Virus record (IMG/VR): IMGVR_UViG_3300004369_000002
Coordinates: 40,840 to 104,839 of that record
From: a virus
Reading direction: 5' to 3' (one strand)
Length of the DNA: 64,000 bases
How positions within the stretch are numbered: the first letter of the stretch is position 1; the number at the start of each line of letters is the position of its first letter. Shown piece after piece: positions 20,202 through 30,581 of the stretch. The position numbers and the translations under genes were made by a program. The notes under the pieces are model-generated. The model saw only the letters and a list, made by a program, of their open reading frames with translations, was not told where the DNA came from and made no database searches.

Positions 20202-20764
20202 GTGTTTTTGCCGGGATTGTAAGTTCCAGCGGCACTGATGTGCCCGCCCAGGACTGGACGCTCATTGGAGAAGACCACATTGATGCGGGTACATCCAATG
20301 AACTTGCCGTGCTAGGTGGTGCGCTTTCCTATTCGTCAGTGAAGTTCATTGCTGACATTGATTCCTCGGCATCGCAGACTTTGACAATTCATTTCCCGGA
20401 TGACCCCAGCGATGCCAAATATTACGAGCAGACAATAACTGAATCAGGAATTTCAGAGGTTGGATGGGTCATCACAACAGTCTCAACACCTGGTGGTGGG
20501 CTTGCTTGCAATTTAGATTCAGCAGGTCGATATGTAATTTTTGGGGAAATAACACAATCCGACATTCCGGGCACTTATGGGCGGGTCGTCATAAATCTTC
20601 AGCGCACAAATAGTGCCAGTGATTATCAGATGACCACCATTGAGGGGTGGATGATGACTGCTGGGCCATGGTCAACTGCAAACTTCACGATGAGTGGTAC
20701 TACAGGCTTTAAAACTGGAAGTCGACTTTCCGTTTATTCATCACCTGCGAGCGTGACGGGATGA
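20198..20764 (+). CDS. Triplet-family beta protein T1a (N-terminal GIVSS peptide)
   Basis: GTG overlaps the upstream stop; C-terminal FKTGSRLSVY. Confidence 0.6.
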   Translation: MSVFAGIVSSSGTDVPAQDWTLIGEDHIDAGTSNELAVLGGALSYSSVKFIADIDSSASQTLTIHFPDDPSDAKYYEQTITESGISEVGWVITTVSTPGGGLACNLDSAGRYVIFGEITQSDIPGTYGRVVINLQRTNSASDYQMTTIEGWMMTAGPWSTANFTMSGTTGFKTGSRLSVYSSPASVTG

Positions 20765-21294
20765 GCGCAGTTCTTTTGGATGTTCTTGGGCCACCTGCGG
20801 CTGGCTGGGGCAACTGGGATATACCGTTGGATTATGTCGGTTTCAAACATATAGGAATCAAAGCATGTTTGAGGTCTAACGACCCAGAGGGAATTTCAAT
20901 TATATTTTTGAACAGCCTATTAGACCCAATTACCCAGGTGGAGTACGGGCAAATGTCTCGCACCAACCCTTCCTTTAATTTGCCAAACGGGATAAGCCTT
21001 GATTACCCTCCTCCAACGTTCTGTTACGTCGCTGGGTCAAGCGACCTATTTCCAACCTATCTTGATATAACAATTTATGATTTTTCAACCTCTGATACAT
21101 TTTCGTCAGCCACCTGCACTGCATTGACCCCATCGGTTGACTCTACAGAGGAAATTGTATCCGGACAGGCACAACTACTGACTACGGACCCAGTGTCATA
21201 CATTCGTTTACCTCACGCTAGTGAGTTTGGAGAGGGAGAAGTTCTGGGGTATGACGCACTCAGCGAAGTAAAAGTATTCGGTTACAGAGGTTAG
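20761..21294 (+). CDS. Triplet-family beta protein T1b
   Basis: FKHIGIKACLRS; ends SEVKVFGYRG. Confidence 0.6.
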   Translation: MSAVLLDVLGPPAAGWGNWDIPLDYVGFKHIGIKACLRSNDPEGISIIFLNSLLDPITQVEYGQMSRTNPSFNLPNGISLDYPPPTFCYVAGSSDLFPTYLDITIYDFSTSDTFSSATCTALTPSVDSTEEIVSGQAQLLTTDPVSYIRLPHASEFGEGEVLGYDALSEVKVFGYRG

Positions 21295-21296
21295 TT

Positions 21297-21842
21297 ATGT
21301 CTCTTACACTCATGCAAAAAGTAGACCTATCTTCGGATACAGCAGAAATCAACTTTAGCAATATTGGCGGTTTCTCTAATCTGATGATTATCGCGAGTCT
21401 ACGAAGCAACTACGCAACATCTAGTACAGATGGTATTGCAATCCGACTTAACCAAATAGCAACTGGATTCCAGTCAATTGACGTTAAATCTCAAGTAAGT
21501 TTTGACAGAGATCTTTTTGAGGACAACAGCACGTTCTATCAAAATGCTCCAATCATCACCAATGAAGCCGCTGGCGGTCGAACTGCAACAGCCTTAAGTA
21601 CATCAGGGGTCAAGGGAACATCTCAAATTCTCTTTCCGTCATACTCTGAATCTGGTTGGTTGAAGTGCATTATGGCTGAGTACAAGTTTTATGAATCGAC
21701 TAGCACAGACTTTGTGATGGGTAAAGTTGGAACAACCTGGAACAGCACTGTCCCCATCAACACCATCACCCTCTACCCAGCAGACGGCTCAGCCTGGGAA
21801 GCAGGTTCTGTCGCCACCCTCTACGGACTCCAAGCATCATAA
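21297..21842 (+). CDS. Triplet-family beta protein T1c
   Basis: LSSDTAEINFSNI...SLRS; PINTITLY...AGSVATLYGL. Confidence 0.65.
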   Translation: MSLTLMQKVDLSSDTAEINFSNIGGFSNLMIIASLRSNYATSSTDGIAIRLNQIATGFQSIDVKSQVSFDRDLFEDNSTFYQNAPIITNEAAGGRTATALSTSGVKGTSQILFPSYSESGWLKCIMAEYKFYESTSTDFVMGKVGTTWNSTVPINTITLYPADGSAWEAGSVATLYGLQAS

Positions 21843-21851
21843 GGATTCGCC

Positions 21852-23183
21852 ATGGCCATCAATGTCACCCCCCAACCAGAACTTCTCAGGGACACCTATC
21901 CGCTTCCGCTTTTTGGTGTCTGGTCAAACTACAACAACAACCCAGTGATGCATGTGTACGACTCCGACTTCGCTCCAGTGTCTATCAGTACAACACCAAC
22001 CTACGCTTACACATCCATGGAATTGTATTCGGCGTTCACCACCCAGAATTACACGCAGTCCCTGGTCGGCACAAACACCTCCAACTACACCATCGCCTCC
22101 TGCTTCAACAACAGTTTTGCCGGACACCAGTTCGTTAATGGTGGTGCGTCGGGAGCGTTCTCCCACCAACATGTTGACAACGTGGCTGCATCAATCTTGG
22201 ACGCCGGTAACACCCTTCATTCCGTTCCGGGCTATCGACCCGACTGGTACATCGCCCAGAACAACCTGACCCTTCAGATGCGGACACGAAACACACACGT
22301 GCCCCTAGACAGTCTGACGATCAGTTCGACGTATGCGACAGCACCCACCGGAACCTCCAGGGGCATGGTGTGCTACAACGACACAACCCGACGTTTGATT
22401 GCGATTACGGCCCTGGATACATCTAACAACTACCGGATGCATGTCTGGACAGCACCTAACGACCGGCTCACCGGCAAGGCAGGAGAACTCCATACTTTCC
22501 TCACCAATGCTAAAAACGAACTAAACGGAGGGTCGTACCAGTATCGCGACTTCTCGCATGCGACCACTGGCTCGGGTAACTATAACGAGTCGCGCTACCG
22601 GATGAGCGTCATCCTTGACGATTTGGGCAACGTGGGATTGGTGCGATTTACTCCATCGACAAATCTTAATTATGCGATCCTGCTCAAGGCTGGGGCGGGA
22701 TGGAATACTCCAGTCGTGTATGAAACCTTGGCTGCCACGACCTCCTACGGATATGAGCAAGGCAACCGGTATGGCATTCGAAGCAATATGACCTGGGATA
22801 ACAACTGGGTGGCCTCCTACGCTCCGTATTACTACTATGGCTCAGGTGTCAACGTTTTCTTCGTTGATTCCAGAAACTGTCAAAATTACTATCACTACTC
22901 AAATACCAGCACTTCAGTCGGCCACCAGTTTGCACCTGCCAAGGAATCTGGGTTTGTCATCGGAATCTCCAATAACGCTGACGGAACGGTGGGCATGAGG
23001 CACGATTTTGTTGACCTGCAAGCCATTCAGGATTCTGGTCGCTTGCCGAATGGGACGACAATTGCGAACGGAGAAACCCTGTCATCCATCTCTAACCGTC
23101 TGTACAGCATTGACACGGGTTACAACTCCACCAACTACCCGTGCATTATCACCATGGCATCATGGAGAACCTGGAAGTCATAA
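21852..23183 (+). CDS. Putative receptor-binding beta-rich virion protein
   Basis: 443 aa, Y/N/T/S-rich, within the fibre module. Confidence 0.5.
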   Translation: MAINVTPQPELLRDTYPLPLFGVWSNYNNNPVMHVYDSDFAPVSISTTPTYAYTSMELYSAFTTQNYTQSLVGTNTSNYTIASCFNNSFAGHQFVNGGASGAFSHQHVDNVAASILDAGNTLHSVPGYRPDWYIAQNNLTLQMRTRNTHVPLDSLTISSTYATAPTGTSRGMVCYNDTTRRLIAITALDTSNNYRMHVWTAPNDRLTGKAGELHTFLTNAKNELNGGSYQYRDFSHATTGSGNYNESRYRMSVILDDLGNVGLVRFTPSTNLNYAILLKAGAGWNTPVVYETLAATTSYGYEQGNRYGIRSNMTWDNNWVASYAPYYYYGSGVNVFFVDSRNCQNYYHYSNTSTSVGHQFAPAKESGFVIGISNNADGTVGMRHDFVDLQAIQDSGRLPNGTTIANGETLSSISNRLYSIDTGYNSTNYPCIITMASWRTWKS

Positions 23184-23434
23184 TGAGCGAAAAACTTTAC
23201 ACTCACGCCTTCTATGTAGGTGGGCAATTCTTGCTAACCGAAAATGGTGACATTGAACTCCCCACCCCCAGTGCCCTAGGACATAGATTCATCATGGGAG
23301 AATCCGGCGTTGAAGACCTCTACGGCGGGATTGACGACGATGCAGTACGACTCAAAGACTGGGAAGATGGGGTAGCAGCCGCTGAAGCCGCTGGCGAAGA
23401 ACCGCCCCCGGATTTCCGAATCCCCAGCGAATGA
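23183..23434 (+). CDS. Small acidic partner/chaperone protein
   Basis: TAATG coupling to the upstream gene. Confidence 0.55.
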   Translation: MSEKLYTHAFYVGGQFLLTENGDIELPTPSALGHRFIMGESGVEDLYGGIDDDAVRLKDWEDGVAAAEAAGEEPPPDFRIPSE

Positions 23435-23531
23435 CCAGATAAACGACCATTTCCCCCCATAAACCAACCCAAGATAAATAATGCCATTGTGGTATTATCA
23501 GACAGGGAGTTCTTCGGTTTGGAGAAACGTG

Positions 23532-23885
23532 ATGACAGTAAAAAATGACTACTCTCTTGTCTTCGACAAAGAAAGCAAAGAGGGTTTTCGCTGGATTTCC
23601 CCAACCGAAGATCCCGGCATTGACGCCAAGGGCGACCTCATGGTCGGAACCCATGACGACAACATGGCCCGCCTCCCCGTGGGGTCTAATGGATCACTAC
23701 TGGTGGCAGACTCATCCCATACAACCGGCATGAGATGGGACTCTTCAGTGGAAGTCACCGCCAGTACCTTCGACTTCGGTGGAAAAGCGTTGGGTGGGAT
23801 CAATGATCCCGTCCAGCCCAGTGATGTTTCAACAAAAAACTATGTCGACTTGACGGCGGCAGCATTAGCGATTGCATTGGGCTGA
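23532..23885 (+). CDS. Short linker protein (AKGD repeat, TKNYVD motif, C-terminal AIALG)
   Basis: SD GGAG before 23529/23532; TGGTATTAT extended -10 upstream. Confidence 0.6.
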   Translation: MTVKNDYSLVFDKESKEGFRWISPTEDPGIDAKGDLMVGTHDDNMARLPVGSNGSLLVADSSHTTGMRWDSSVEVTASTFDFGGKALGGINDPVQPSDVSTKNYVDLTAAALAIALG

Positions 23886-23893
23886 GGTTCTAA

Positions 23894-26800
23894 ATGGCAA
23901 AAGAATTAATTCACAACTATCGCTTTAATCCGGCGACAAACACCATTTACCTGCGTGGAAACATTACGCCCGAAAAGTTTTTGTTGATCACCAACATCAC
24001 ACGCAACGAACCCCTTTACCTCTTTAACTCGCCAGCATACGGATTTGTCACAGTAGTCTTCGACCAAGAAACCGAAGAGACAGAAGTCATTCTGGTCGCA
24101 GACTGCTCAGCAATGTCTGCAAGCGACAAACTTCAGGTTTTCGTTGAATCATACGCCCAAGAATTCAGACCCACCAAAGAATTCATCGACCCTGTTCAAA
24201 AACTCAGAGTTTCTAACCCAGAAAACCTGATCGACACAGACTTCGAATATGGACTGCAGTCAACCAAGTGGGAAACCCTCCAGACTGTCAATAACATCCC
24301 GACGGTCTATTCTTCCTCTGGCGACCTTCCCGTGGAAGCAATCACATCAGTAGAGTCAATTGCCGGTTCAAAGCAGATTCGTGTGTCTACAGGAAGCCCT
24401 CACGGCGTGTCTCTTGGAGACCCGATCTCGGTGCAGGGCCTGACCCAATATCAGGCAGAAGGATATTTCACTGTCTCTGGCGTCCCAGACCCTCTGACTT
24501 TCTTCTACGAACTGGATGTCCCCGCTACTACAACCGGCGACATCTCTGGCGGCTACACGACGATCATCCCCGCAAAGTTTTTTGACGGATCCGCCCTTCC
24601 AATCAATATTGAAGACGGAGCACTGTCAGACGAAAATAGCCCCTCTTTGTTGAGCGTCACCACGAACGAAACTCACGGATTTTCCGCCGGAACCAAAGTC
24701 TATCTACGCAACACCGTAGGGCCAAAAGACCTCATCATTGTCGACCCAACAGGCACAGCGCCAGACAATAGGCCATACATCGATACTCAGCCGTCGTTTT
24801 CCATTTCATTGTCAGTTGACAACACGGCCTCTACAGGACGTGGAACATTCCGTGAACCGCAAACCGTGTCATGGGACTGGGAATCCACTTACGTAAAGTA
24901 TCTTGCGACCAACGATTTCAACGGTGCAACCGACGAGGTGAACTGGCCCAACCATGGACTCCATGACCGGGCGTGCCTGTTGTTCAACACTCCGATTCAA
25001 GGCAATGACAATGGTGGCCTCACAGACGGATACGTGTACTACGTTAAAGTGGTTGATCAAGACAAAATTCAGTTGTGCACAGACTATGAGCAACTGCTCA
25101 ACGTGGTTCCTCTTTCGCTTTTGGACAACGACTTTGGTCCTTCGCGTCTAGGTCTTGTATACAAGGTTGAAAGAAACAGCGGCACTACAAGGTATACGGC
25201 GAGTAACACACGCGGCGTTTCTTCAACTCAGACTTACTTGTATCACTACGGAAATAACACCACGTACAACCATAATTTATCTCAATACACTGGCGGACAA
25301 AAGCCAGATTCGGTAAGAATCACCCAAGTTTATGGTTATAGCGGATATTATTGGGGCTATACATACCACTATATTGGAAGGAATGGTTCGGCAGGCACGA
25401 ACTTTGTTACTACATATCCGTACAGCGGAAGCGGGTACTGGTATGGCAATTATGACGCTACCAGTTGGCTTTGGCAGTCCGGAAACGTATGGTATATCAC
25501 GGGTCGTTCTTACTCTCCTTGGGGTTTTTATGGCTCGTCGTGGTTCAACACGACAGTTTCCTACACCGATCCAAATGGGGGCGCCGATCAGTCCGGCTAC
25601 GACCTACGAACAGCCGTTTTCGGCCTCGGTTCAGACGACCCTGACAGAATGATCGCGTTCCAGGGGCGCACACCAGGGTCTTACAGCGCCTCGTCTGAGA
25701 ACTTCTCGTATCTAGCCAACACGCGAACAAACGGTAGATATGGCGTTCTTGCCATCCCATACCAAAATGACGTAGTCTCAGCCTCAACCCTTGATGGAAC
25801 TTTCGTCAGCGACTACAACGACTCTGGTCTTGAAAGTTTCCCAACCAACTCGGAGATTTTCTACGGATTCGCCCGAACCCTGACTTCCGACCGAAATACC
25901 GTCTACTCACCCAACCACGGAATTGAAGAGCAAACAAACGCCACAATACAAGTCGACGCAACCGACTACTTGAATGGCGACCGATTTGCGTACGCCGATT
26001 CCCAGGGAACAATAACGACAATCAACAGCCAAACAATAAATATTCAAATTATTCCGGTAAACAACGATCTGTTTCGCATGCAGATTATTGGGGCACCAAA
26101 CACCGACAATATCGTTCGTTACCCTCGCCGGTACTCCGTCTCTTACATCCAGGCCAACGACTTCTACAACACCATTTATGTTAGCAACCATAAAGTTGTA
26201 GGTACTGAAGAAGCCGTCTACTCACACTCTGGGTACGATCCGGAACGAATCATCGAATACGCGGTTACCAATGACGGAGTGTCGGCCTACGTATTCACCT
26301 CTTCCGATACAAACATGGATGGATCGGCGCTAGTTACCGGTTCCAATCCAACACTTTCCCTCTACCGTGGAGTCACATACCATTTCACGTTAAATGCGCC
26401 CAGTCACCCTTTCTACATCAAAACATCCCCAACAACCGGGTCCGGAGATCAATACACAACAGGTGTTTCAGGTAACGGCAGTGATGTGGGCGTTGTTTTG
26501 TTTACCGTTCCGGCAGACGCCCCACCCACCCTGTATTACGCCTGTGGCGTCCACGCTGCTATGCAGGGAGAAATAACCATCACCGAAATGCCCAACAACA
26601 TCGGTGGACTTTCTTTCGGAGATACATACAACCTGAACCGAGTCAACGATTCGCGACTGGAAGTCATCGCAGCAATCAGTCAGGACGCATCTGCAACCAC
26701 ATCTGCCTACGGCTACCCGAATAATGCGACCCAAACTTTCTATGTGGATGTTGAAACTCCGCTAGGGATTGACCCTGCCGCCTGCACCATCGTCGGAATC

Positions 26801-29635
26801 GAATTCCGTGGCGACTTCAGCGACCGAAACGAATATTTGCTGTTGACATTTGATGATGGTGACCAGTATTTCGTGGGCGTCAACGGCTCCGACTCTGCCA
26901 TTTGGCAGCCCGAAACCGGTTTTGGCGTCAAGGACATCACTTCCCTACTTTCCGTTCAGGGAGGCAAGAAATCATTCCGTGTCACAGTCGACCCAACCAA
27001 CCAGGTGAACTTCTATTACCTCGGGCAGTGGAACGCTTCCAACCTGTGGGAAATCCGTTTCATTGTTTCTGGCGATACAGGCACAATCGGACTGTCTAGT
27101 GGAGGTGTCGGCGAGCAGAAGTTCTCCATCCCAACACTCCTTGGAGCATATGACGGCGTTTATGGGGTTACGGACGTAACTTCACAAAACACCTTCGACT
27201 TGCAAACGGACTTTACGATACCTCGCCGCAAGTACCTGTTCACATCATCTGATGTTGATAATGTCAGCAATACAATTACTTTTGCCAGCCCCCACAACCT
27301 GCTCACGGGCGAAGAAATTCAATACGATCCGAATGGAAATCAATCTATTTTCGATCAAATGTGGGATTCCCTCTACGCGATTGTAGTTGACGCCACGACA
27401 ATTAAAATAGCGGTCAGTTCATTGTCGGCGATCAACAATGATTCACTAAACATAACCCCGCAAAGTGGAGCGCACCTTTTTTACACCACCAACGTAATAA
27501 AAGGCAACACCGGGTCGGGAATTGTCACGACGGTGGCAGGCGAAAAGGAAGTAACTGGATCCGGAACACGCTTCCTGTCGACCTTCAAAAGATTTGACCC
27601 TATTTGGATTGTAGAGAATGGCGTATCCAACCGCTACACCGTTGACGTCATCACAACCGAAGAGGCGATGGTCCTATTTGAAGCAGTAGAAACATCTCAA
27701 GTCGACGTCAACTACTTCTTCTCCACGCAAATAATTCTAAGGCCTGACGGATTCTCTCTTCACAAACCATTCGACGGCGGAGTCGACATTACGGCTGGAA
27801 CCTCCCCCAATAGCAAGATTGTCCGCCAGTCACGCAAATACTTCCGTTACCAGTCCGGTAAAGGCATTCAAAACTCCTTTGCAATCAACCTCAACCCGCC
27901 GCGACTGGTCGGTCAGTTGTCTCACTCCGGTTCCGGTATTGCCCTAGTCGAAACACAAGAAATTCACAACCTGAAGGCGGGCAACCTTTTCGTCATGAAG
28001 GATGCCACGGTTACCTCTGGACAAAACCCGTACAACGGAGAATTCACCGTCCTTCAAGTTATTGACCCATTCACCTTTACCTACGATATGGGTGCCGTTC
28101 CCACACAAACCAAGGCCGGAGGATACCCAACCTATTATCGGCGTTCCTGGAATGATGCATACGTTCGGGCTGGAATGTTTGACGATCAAAACGGCTTCTT
28201 CTACGAGTACGACGGAAACAAGATTTACTGCGTTCGCCGTTCGTCGACTCAACAAATCGGCGGAACAGTCAACGTTACACGTGGTTCGCAGGTCATTACG
28301 GGCAACAGAACATCGTTCACAAGTCAACTAGGAGTTGGCAACAAGGTCGTAGTTCGCGGACAGTCTTATCTGATCGTAGAAATATCTTCTGACACTCGCA
28401 TGGTCGTACAGCCTGCATATCGTGGCGTTGACGCCCGAAACGTGAAGGCAACAATTACTGTCGATACCAGGGTCCCCCAAGAGGACTGGAGCATTGATCC
28501 CTGTGATGGGACAGGGCCTACCGGGTTTATTTTGAACGTCAACAAAATTCAAATGGGCTATGCCGATTACTCTTGGTACGGTGCCGGTAAGATCCGTTTT
28601 GGATGGAAAGATCAGAACGGTGAAGTTCGTTACGTTCACGAGTTCAAACACAACAACCGTTTAGACGAATCGTATTTCCGTACAGGTAACTTGCCTGGCC
28701 GCTACGAAATCGAAAACGGCTCCAACGCAAACCACGCGCCAACCTTGTTTCACTTTGGTACGTCGATCATTATGGACGGAACATTCGACGACGACAAGGC
28801 GTACCTATTCACAGCACAGTCAAAGCCGTTTGCTTTCACCAACGGTACCAGCATTTCGTTTAATACTAACGCTGGATCCTCTTATCAGTTGGTGACTCTG
28901 AACGGGCGGCGAGTCTGGGTGTATGCCCTTCCCGTACCTGAGGCTAACGCCCAGTCGGTGAGCACCGGTACTCTGATTCGGGATAACGGGAACGTAAGAT
29001 TGCCTGAGGGCACTTATGTGACTCAGGTCAAACTAGATGGAGCGAATTCGCTGATCTATACCTCGTATCCGGCGACGTCCACAGAACCTGGACCGCCCAC
29101 TTACACCGACATTCCCAGCAGCACAAGCATCATTGCTGGTGAAACGACTGCAATTGACTTGACGCGTCCTCTTCCGCTGATCTCAATTCGTTTGGCCCCA
29201 TCCGTGGACTCGTCTCTGACGGGAGCGATCGGCGAACGTGAAATCATTAATCGAATGCAGTTGCAGTTACGTCAGGCTGGTGTGACTGCGAACCAGGACA
29301 TTCTGGTGTTCTTGATTCTGAATGCCCTTCCGTCGTCGTTGCATTTCGACAAAGTCCAGCAGCCTTCCCTCTCCGAGTTGATTGAACATAATGCCGGAGA
29401 GACCCTTCTGAATGGTACGACCATCTATTCATTGAAGGCTTCGGCCGGTTCAACCGAGATCGACTTGAGCGAACTGCTAGAGATGGGTAACTCCATATTG
29501 GGTGGTGATGGAATCTTCCCATCTGGCCCAGACTTGTTGACTGTTGCTGTTCAACCCCAGAACACGGCGGGCATTTCGGGGTCTACTCCGTTCTTCGTGT
29601 CAGGGAAAATCTCGTGGTCGGAAAGCCAGGCATAG
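23894..29635 (+). CDS. Giant 1913-aa virion structural protein with HG-type beta repeats and a cupredoxin-like domain
   Basis: DPVQKLRVSNPENLIDTDFEYGLQSTKWE; RQSRKYFRYQSGKG; YSWYGAGKIRFG; HPF...YYACGVHAAM. Confidence 0.75.
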   Translation: MAKELIHNYRFNPATNTIYLRGNITPEKFLLITNITRNEPLYLFNSPAYGFVTVVFDQETEETEVILVADCSAMSASDKLQVFVESYAQEFRPTKEFIDPVQKLRVSNPENLIDTDFEYGLQSTKWETLQTVNNIPTVYSSSGDLPVEAITSVESIAGSKQIRVSTGSPHGVSLGDPISVQGLTQYQAEGYFTVSGVPDPLTFFYELDVPATTTGDISGGYTTIIPAKFFDGSALPINIEDGALSDENSPSLLSVTTNETHGFSAGTKVYLRNTVGPKDLIIVDPTGTAPDNRPYIDTQPSFSISLSVDNTASTGRGTFREPQTVSWDWESTYVKYLATNDFNGATDEVNWPNHGLHDRACLLFNTPIQGNDNGGLTDGYVYYVKVVDQDKIQLCTDYEQLLNVVPLSLLDNDFGPSRLGLVYKVERNSGTTRYTASNTRGVSSTQTYLYHYGNNTTYNHNLSQYTGGQKPDSVRITQVYGYSGYYWGYTYHYIGRNGSAGTNFVTTYPYSGSGYWYGNYDATSWLWQSGNVWYITGRSYSPWGFYGSSWFNTTVSYTDPNGGADQSGYDLRTAVFGLGSDDPDRMIAFQGRTPGSYSASSENFSYLANTRTNGRYGVLAIPYQNDVVSASTLDGTFVSDYNDSGLESFPTNSEIFYGFARTLTSDRNTVYSPNHGIEEQTNATIQVDATDYLNGDRFAYADSQGTITTINSQTINIQIIPVNNDLFRMQIIGAPNTDNIVRYPRRYSVSYIQANDFYNTIYVSNHKVVGTEEAVYSHSGYDPERIIEYAVTNDGVSAYVFTSSDTNMDGSALVTGSNPTLSLYRGVTYHFTLNAPSHPFYIKTSPTTGSGDQYTTGVSGNGSDVGVVLFTVPADAPPTLYYACGVHAAMQGEITITEMPNNIGGLSFGDTYNLNRVNDSRLEVIAAISQDASATTSAYGYPNNATQTFYVDVETPLGIDPAACTIVGIEFRGDFSDRNEYLLLTFDDGDQYFVGVNGSDSAIWQPETGFGVKDITSLLSVQGGKKSFRVTVDPTNQVNFYYLGQWNASNLWEIRFIVSGDTGTIGLSSGGVGEQKFSIPTLLGAYDGVYGVTDVTSQNTFDLQTDFTIPRRKYLFTSSDVDNVSNTITFASPHNLLTGEEIQYDPNGNQSIFDQMWDSLYAIVVDATTIKIAVSSLSAINNDSLNITPQSGAHLFYTTNVIKGNTGSGIVTTVAGEKEVTGSGTRFLSTFKRFDPIWIVENGVSNRYTVDVITTEEAMVLFEAVETSQVDVNYFFSTQIILRPDGFSLHKPFDGGVDITAGTSPNSKIVRQSRKYFRYQSGKGIQNSFAINLNPPRLVGQLSHSGSGIALVETQEIHNLKAGNLFVMKDATVTSGQNPYNGEFTVLQVIDPFTFTYDMGAVPTQTKAGGYPTYYRRSWNDAYVRAGMFDDQNGFFYEYDGNKIYCVRRSSTQQIGGTVNVTRGSQVITGNRTSFTSQLGVGNKVVVRGQSYLIVEISSDTRMVVQPAYRGVDARNVKATITVDTRVPQEDWSIDPCDGTGPTGFILNVNKIQMGYADYSWYGAGKIRFGWKDQNGEVRYVHEFKHNNRLDESYFRTGNLPGRYEIENGSNANHAPTLFHFGTSIIMDGTFDDDKAYLFTAQSKPFAFTNGTSISFNTNAGSSYQLVTLNGRRVWVYALPVPEANAQSVSTGTLIRDNGNVRLPEGTYVTQVKLDGANSLIYTSYPATSTEPGPPTYTDIPSSTSIIAGETTAIDLTRPLPLISIRLAPSVDSSLTGAIGEREIINRMQLQLRQAGVTANQDILVFLILNALPSSLHFDKVQQPSLSELIEHNAGETLLNGTTIYSLKASAGSTEIDLSELLEMGNSILGGDGIFPSGPDLLTVAVQPQNTAGISGSTPFFVSGKISWSESQA

Positions 29636-29638
29636 CCC

Positions 29639-30259
29639 ATGGGCGTCAATTCCAATAACCCGATGAATGTCAGTGCAGGTGTCTGCACGACTCTTACTAA
29701 GCCGACTAATCCTTATGAGGGTCAGATGGTGTATGTCACTGATCTTCAAGAGTTGCAGGTTTGGAATGGAACGGTCTGGTTTTCCATTTACAGTGATACA
29801 ACCCCTATTGAAACGGCCATTGCACAAAACACGTCAGATATCGCCTCCATAGAAGTAACTCTTACTGTTTATGGTTCAAATATTTCGGCAAATGCTTCCG
29901 CAATAGCCGAAATTGAAAGCGACCTAGTTCTTTTTGATTCACAAATCCAATCGAACGCTTCCACCATTGCTTCATTGCCCGTCTTGCCGAATGGAGGTGG
30001 GGCCAGCAGCGTATTGGTGAAAAACTCTTCGGTGGATTATGACGTGGCTTGGATTCCCATAGTCACCGATGGTGTCTCCAGAACTCTTGTCGATGCCAAG
30101 GGGGACATTTTGGTTGCATCGGCTAATGACAATGTTGTTCGTCTAGGGGTTGGCTCTGACGGACAAGCCCTAGTTGCTGACTCGTCCACGGCGACTGGCT
30201 TGAACTGGGCAGATATTGCCGACCCGATACCGTTGATTTTGGCGCTTGGAGGACTCTGA
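29639..30259 (+). CDS. Fibre linker (TKP..P..GQ motif, coiled coil, AKGD repeat, hydrophobic C-terminal peptide)
   Basis: N-x-x-x-I heptads; VDAKGDILV; ends PIPLILALGGL. Confidence 0.65.
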   Translation: MGVNSNNPMNVSAGVCTTLTKPTNPYEGQMVYVTDLQELQVWNGTVWFSIYSDTTPIETAIAQNTSDIASIEVTLTVYGSNISANASAIAEIESDLVLFDSQIQSNASTIASLPVLPNGGGASSVLVKNSSVDYDVAWIPIVTDGVSRTLVDAKGDILVASANDNVVRLGVGSDGQALVADSSTATGLNWADIADPIPLILALGGL

Positions 30260-30260
30260 A

Positions 30261-30581
30261 ATGGCTAATACCTTTACGAACACGCGCGCAGCGTTGACGG
30301 GGTCATCTGCGGTTGTTTACACCGTTCCGGTTGGGGCTACGGCCATCGTCCTTCTCGCTCAAGCAGCAAATGTCGATAACACTGGAGCGACTCCAGTAAC
30401 TTTGATTTGGAACAACGGAACCGACGATACTCACTTGACAAAAGAAGTTTCTATTCCTGCATACGCTGCCATCGGCTTACTGCAGGGCAAACTTGTTTTG
30501 AACCAGGGCAATAGCATTAAAGCGTACAGCGACGCCTCGTCTCGTGTGGAACTAACACTTTCGGTTCTGGAGATCACCTAA
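30261..30581 (+). CDS. ~106-aa 'TVP' adaptor protein (copy 3)
   Basis: MANTF...VYTVP...ANVD...KLVL...LSVLEIT. Confidence 0.7.
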   Translation: MANTFTNTRAALTGSSAVVYTVPVGATAIVLLAQAANVDNTGATPVTLIWNNGTDDTHLTKEVSIPAYAAIGLLQGKLVLNQGNSIKAYSDASSRVELTLSVLEIT

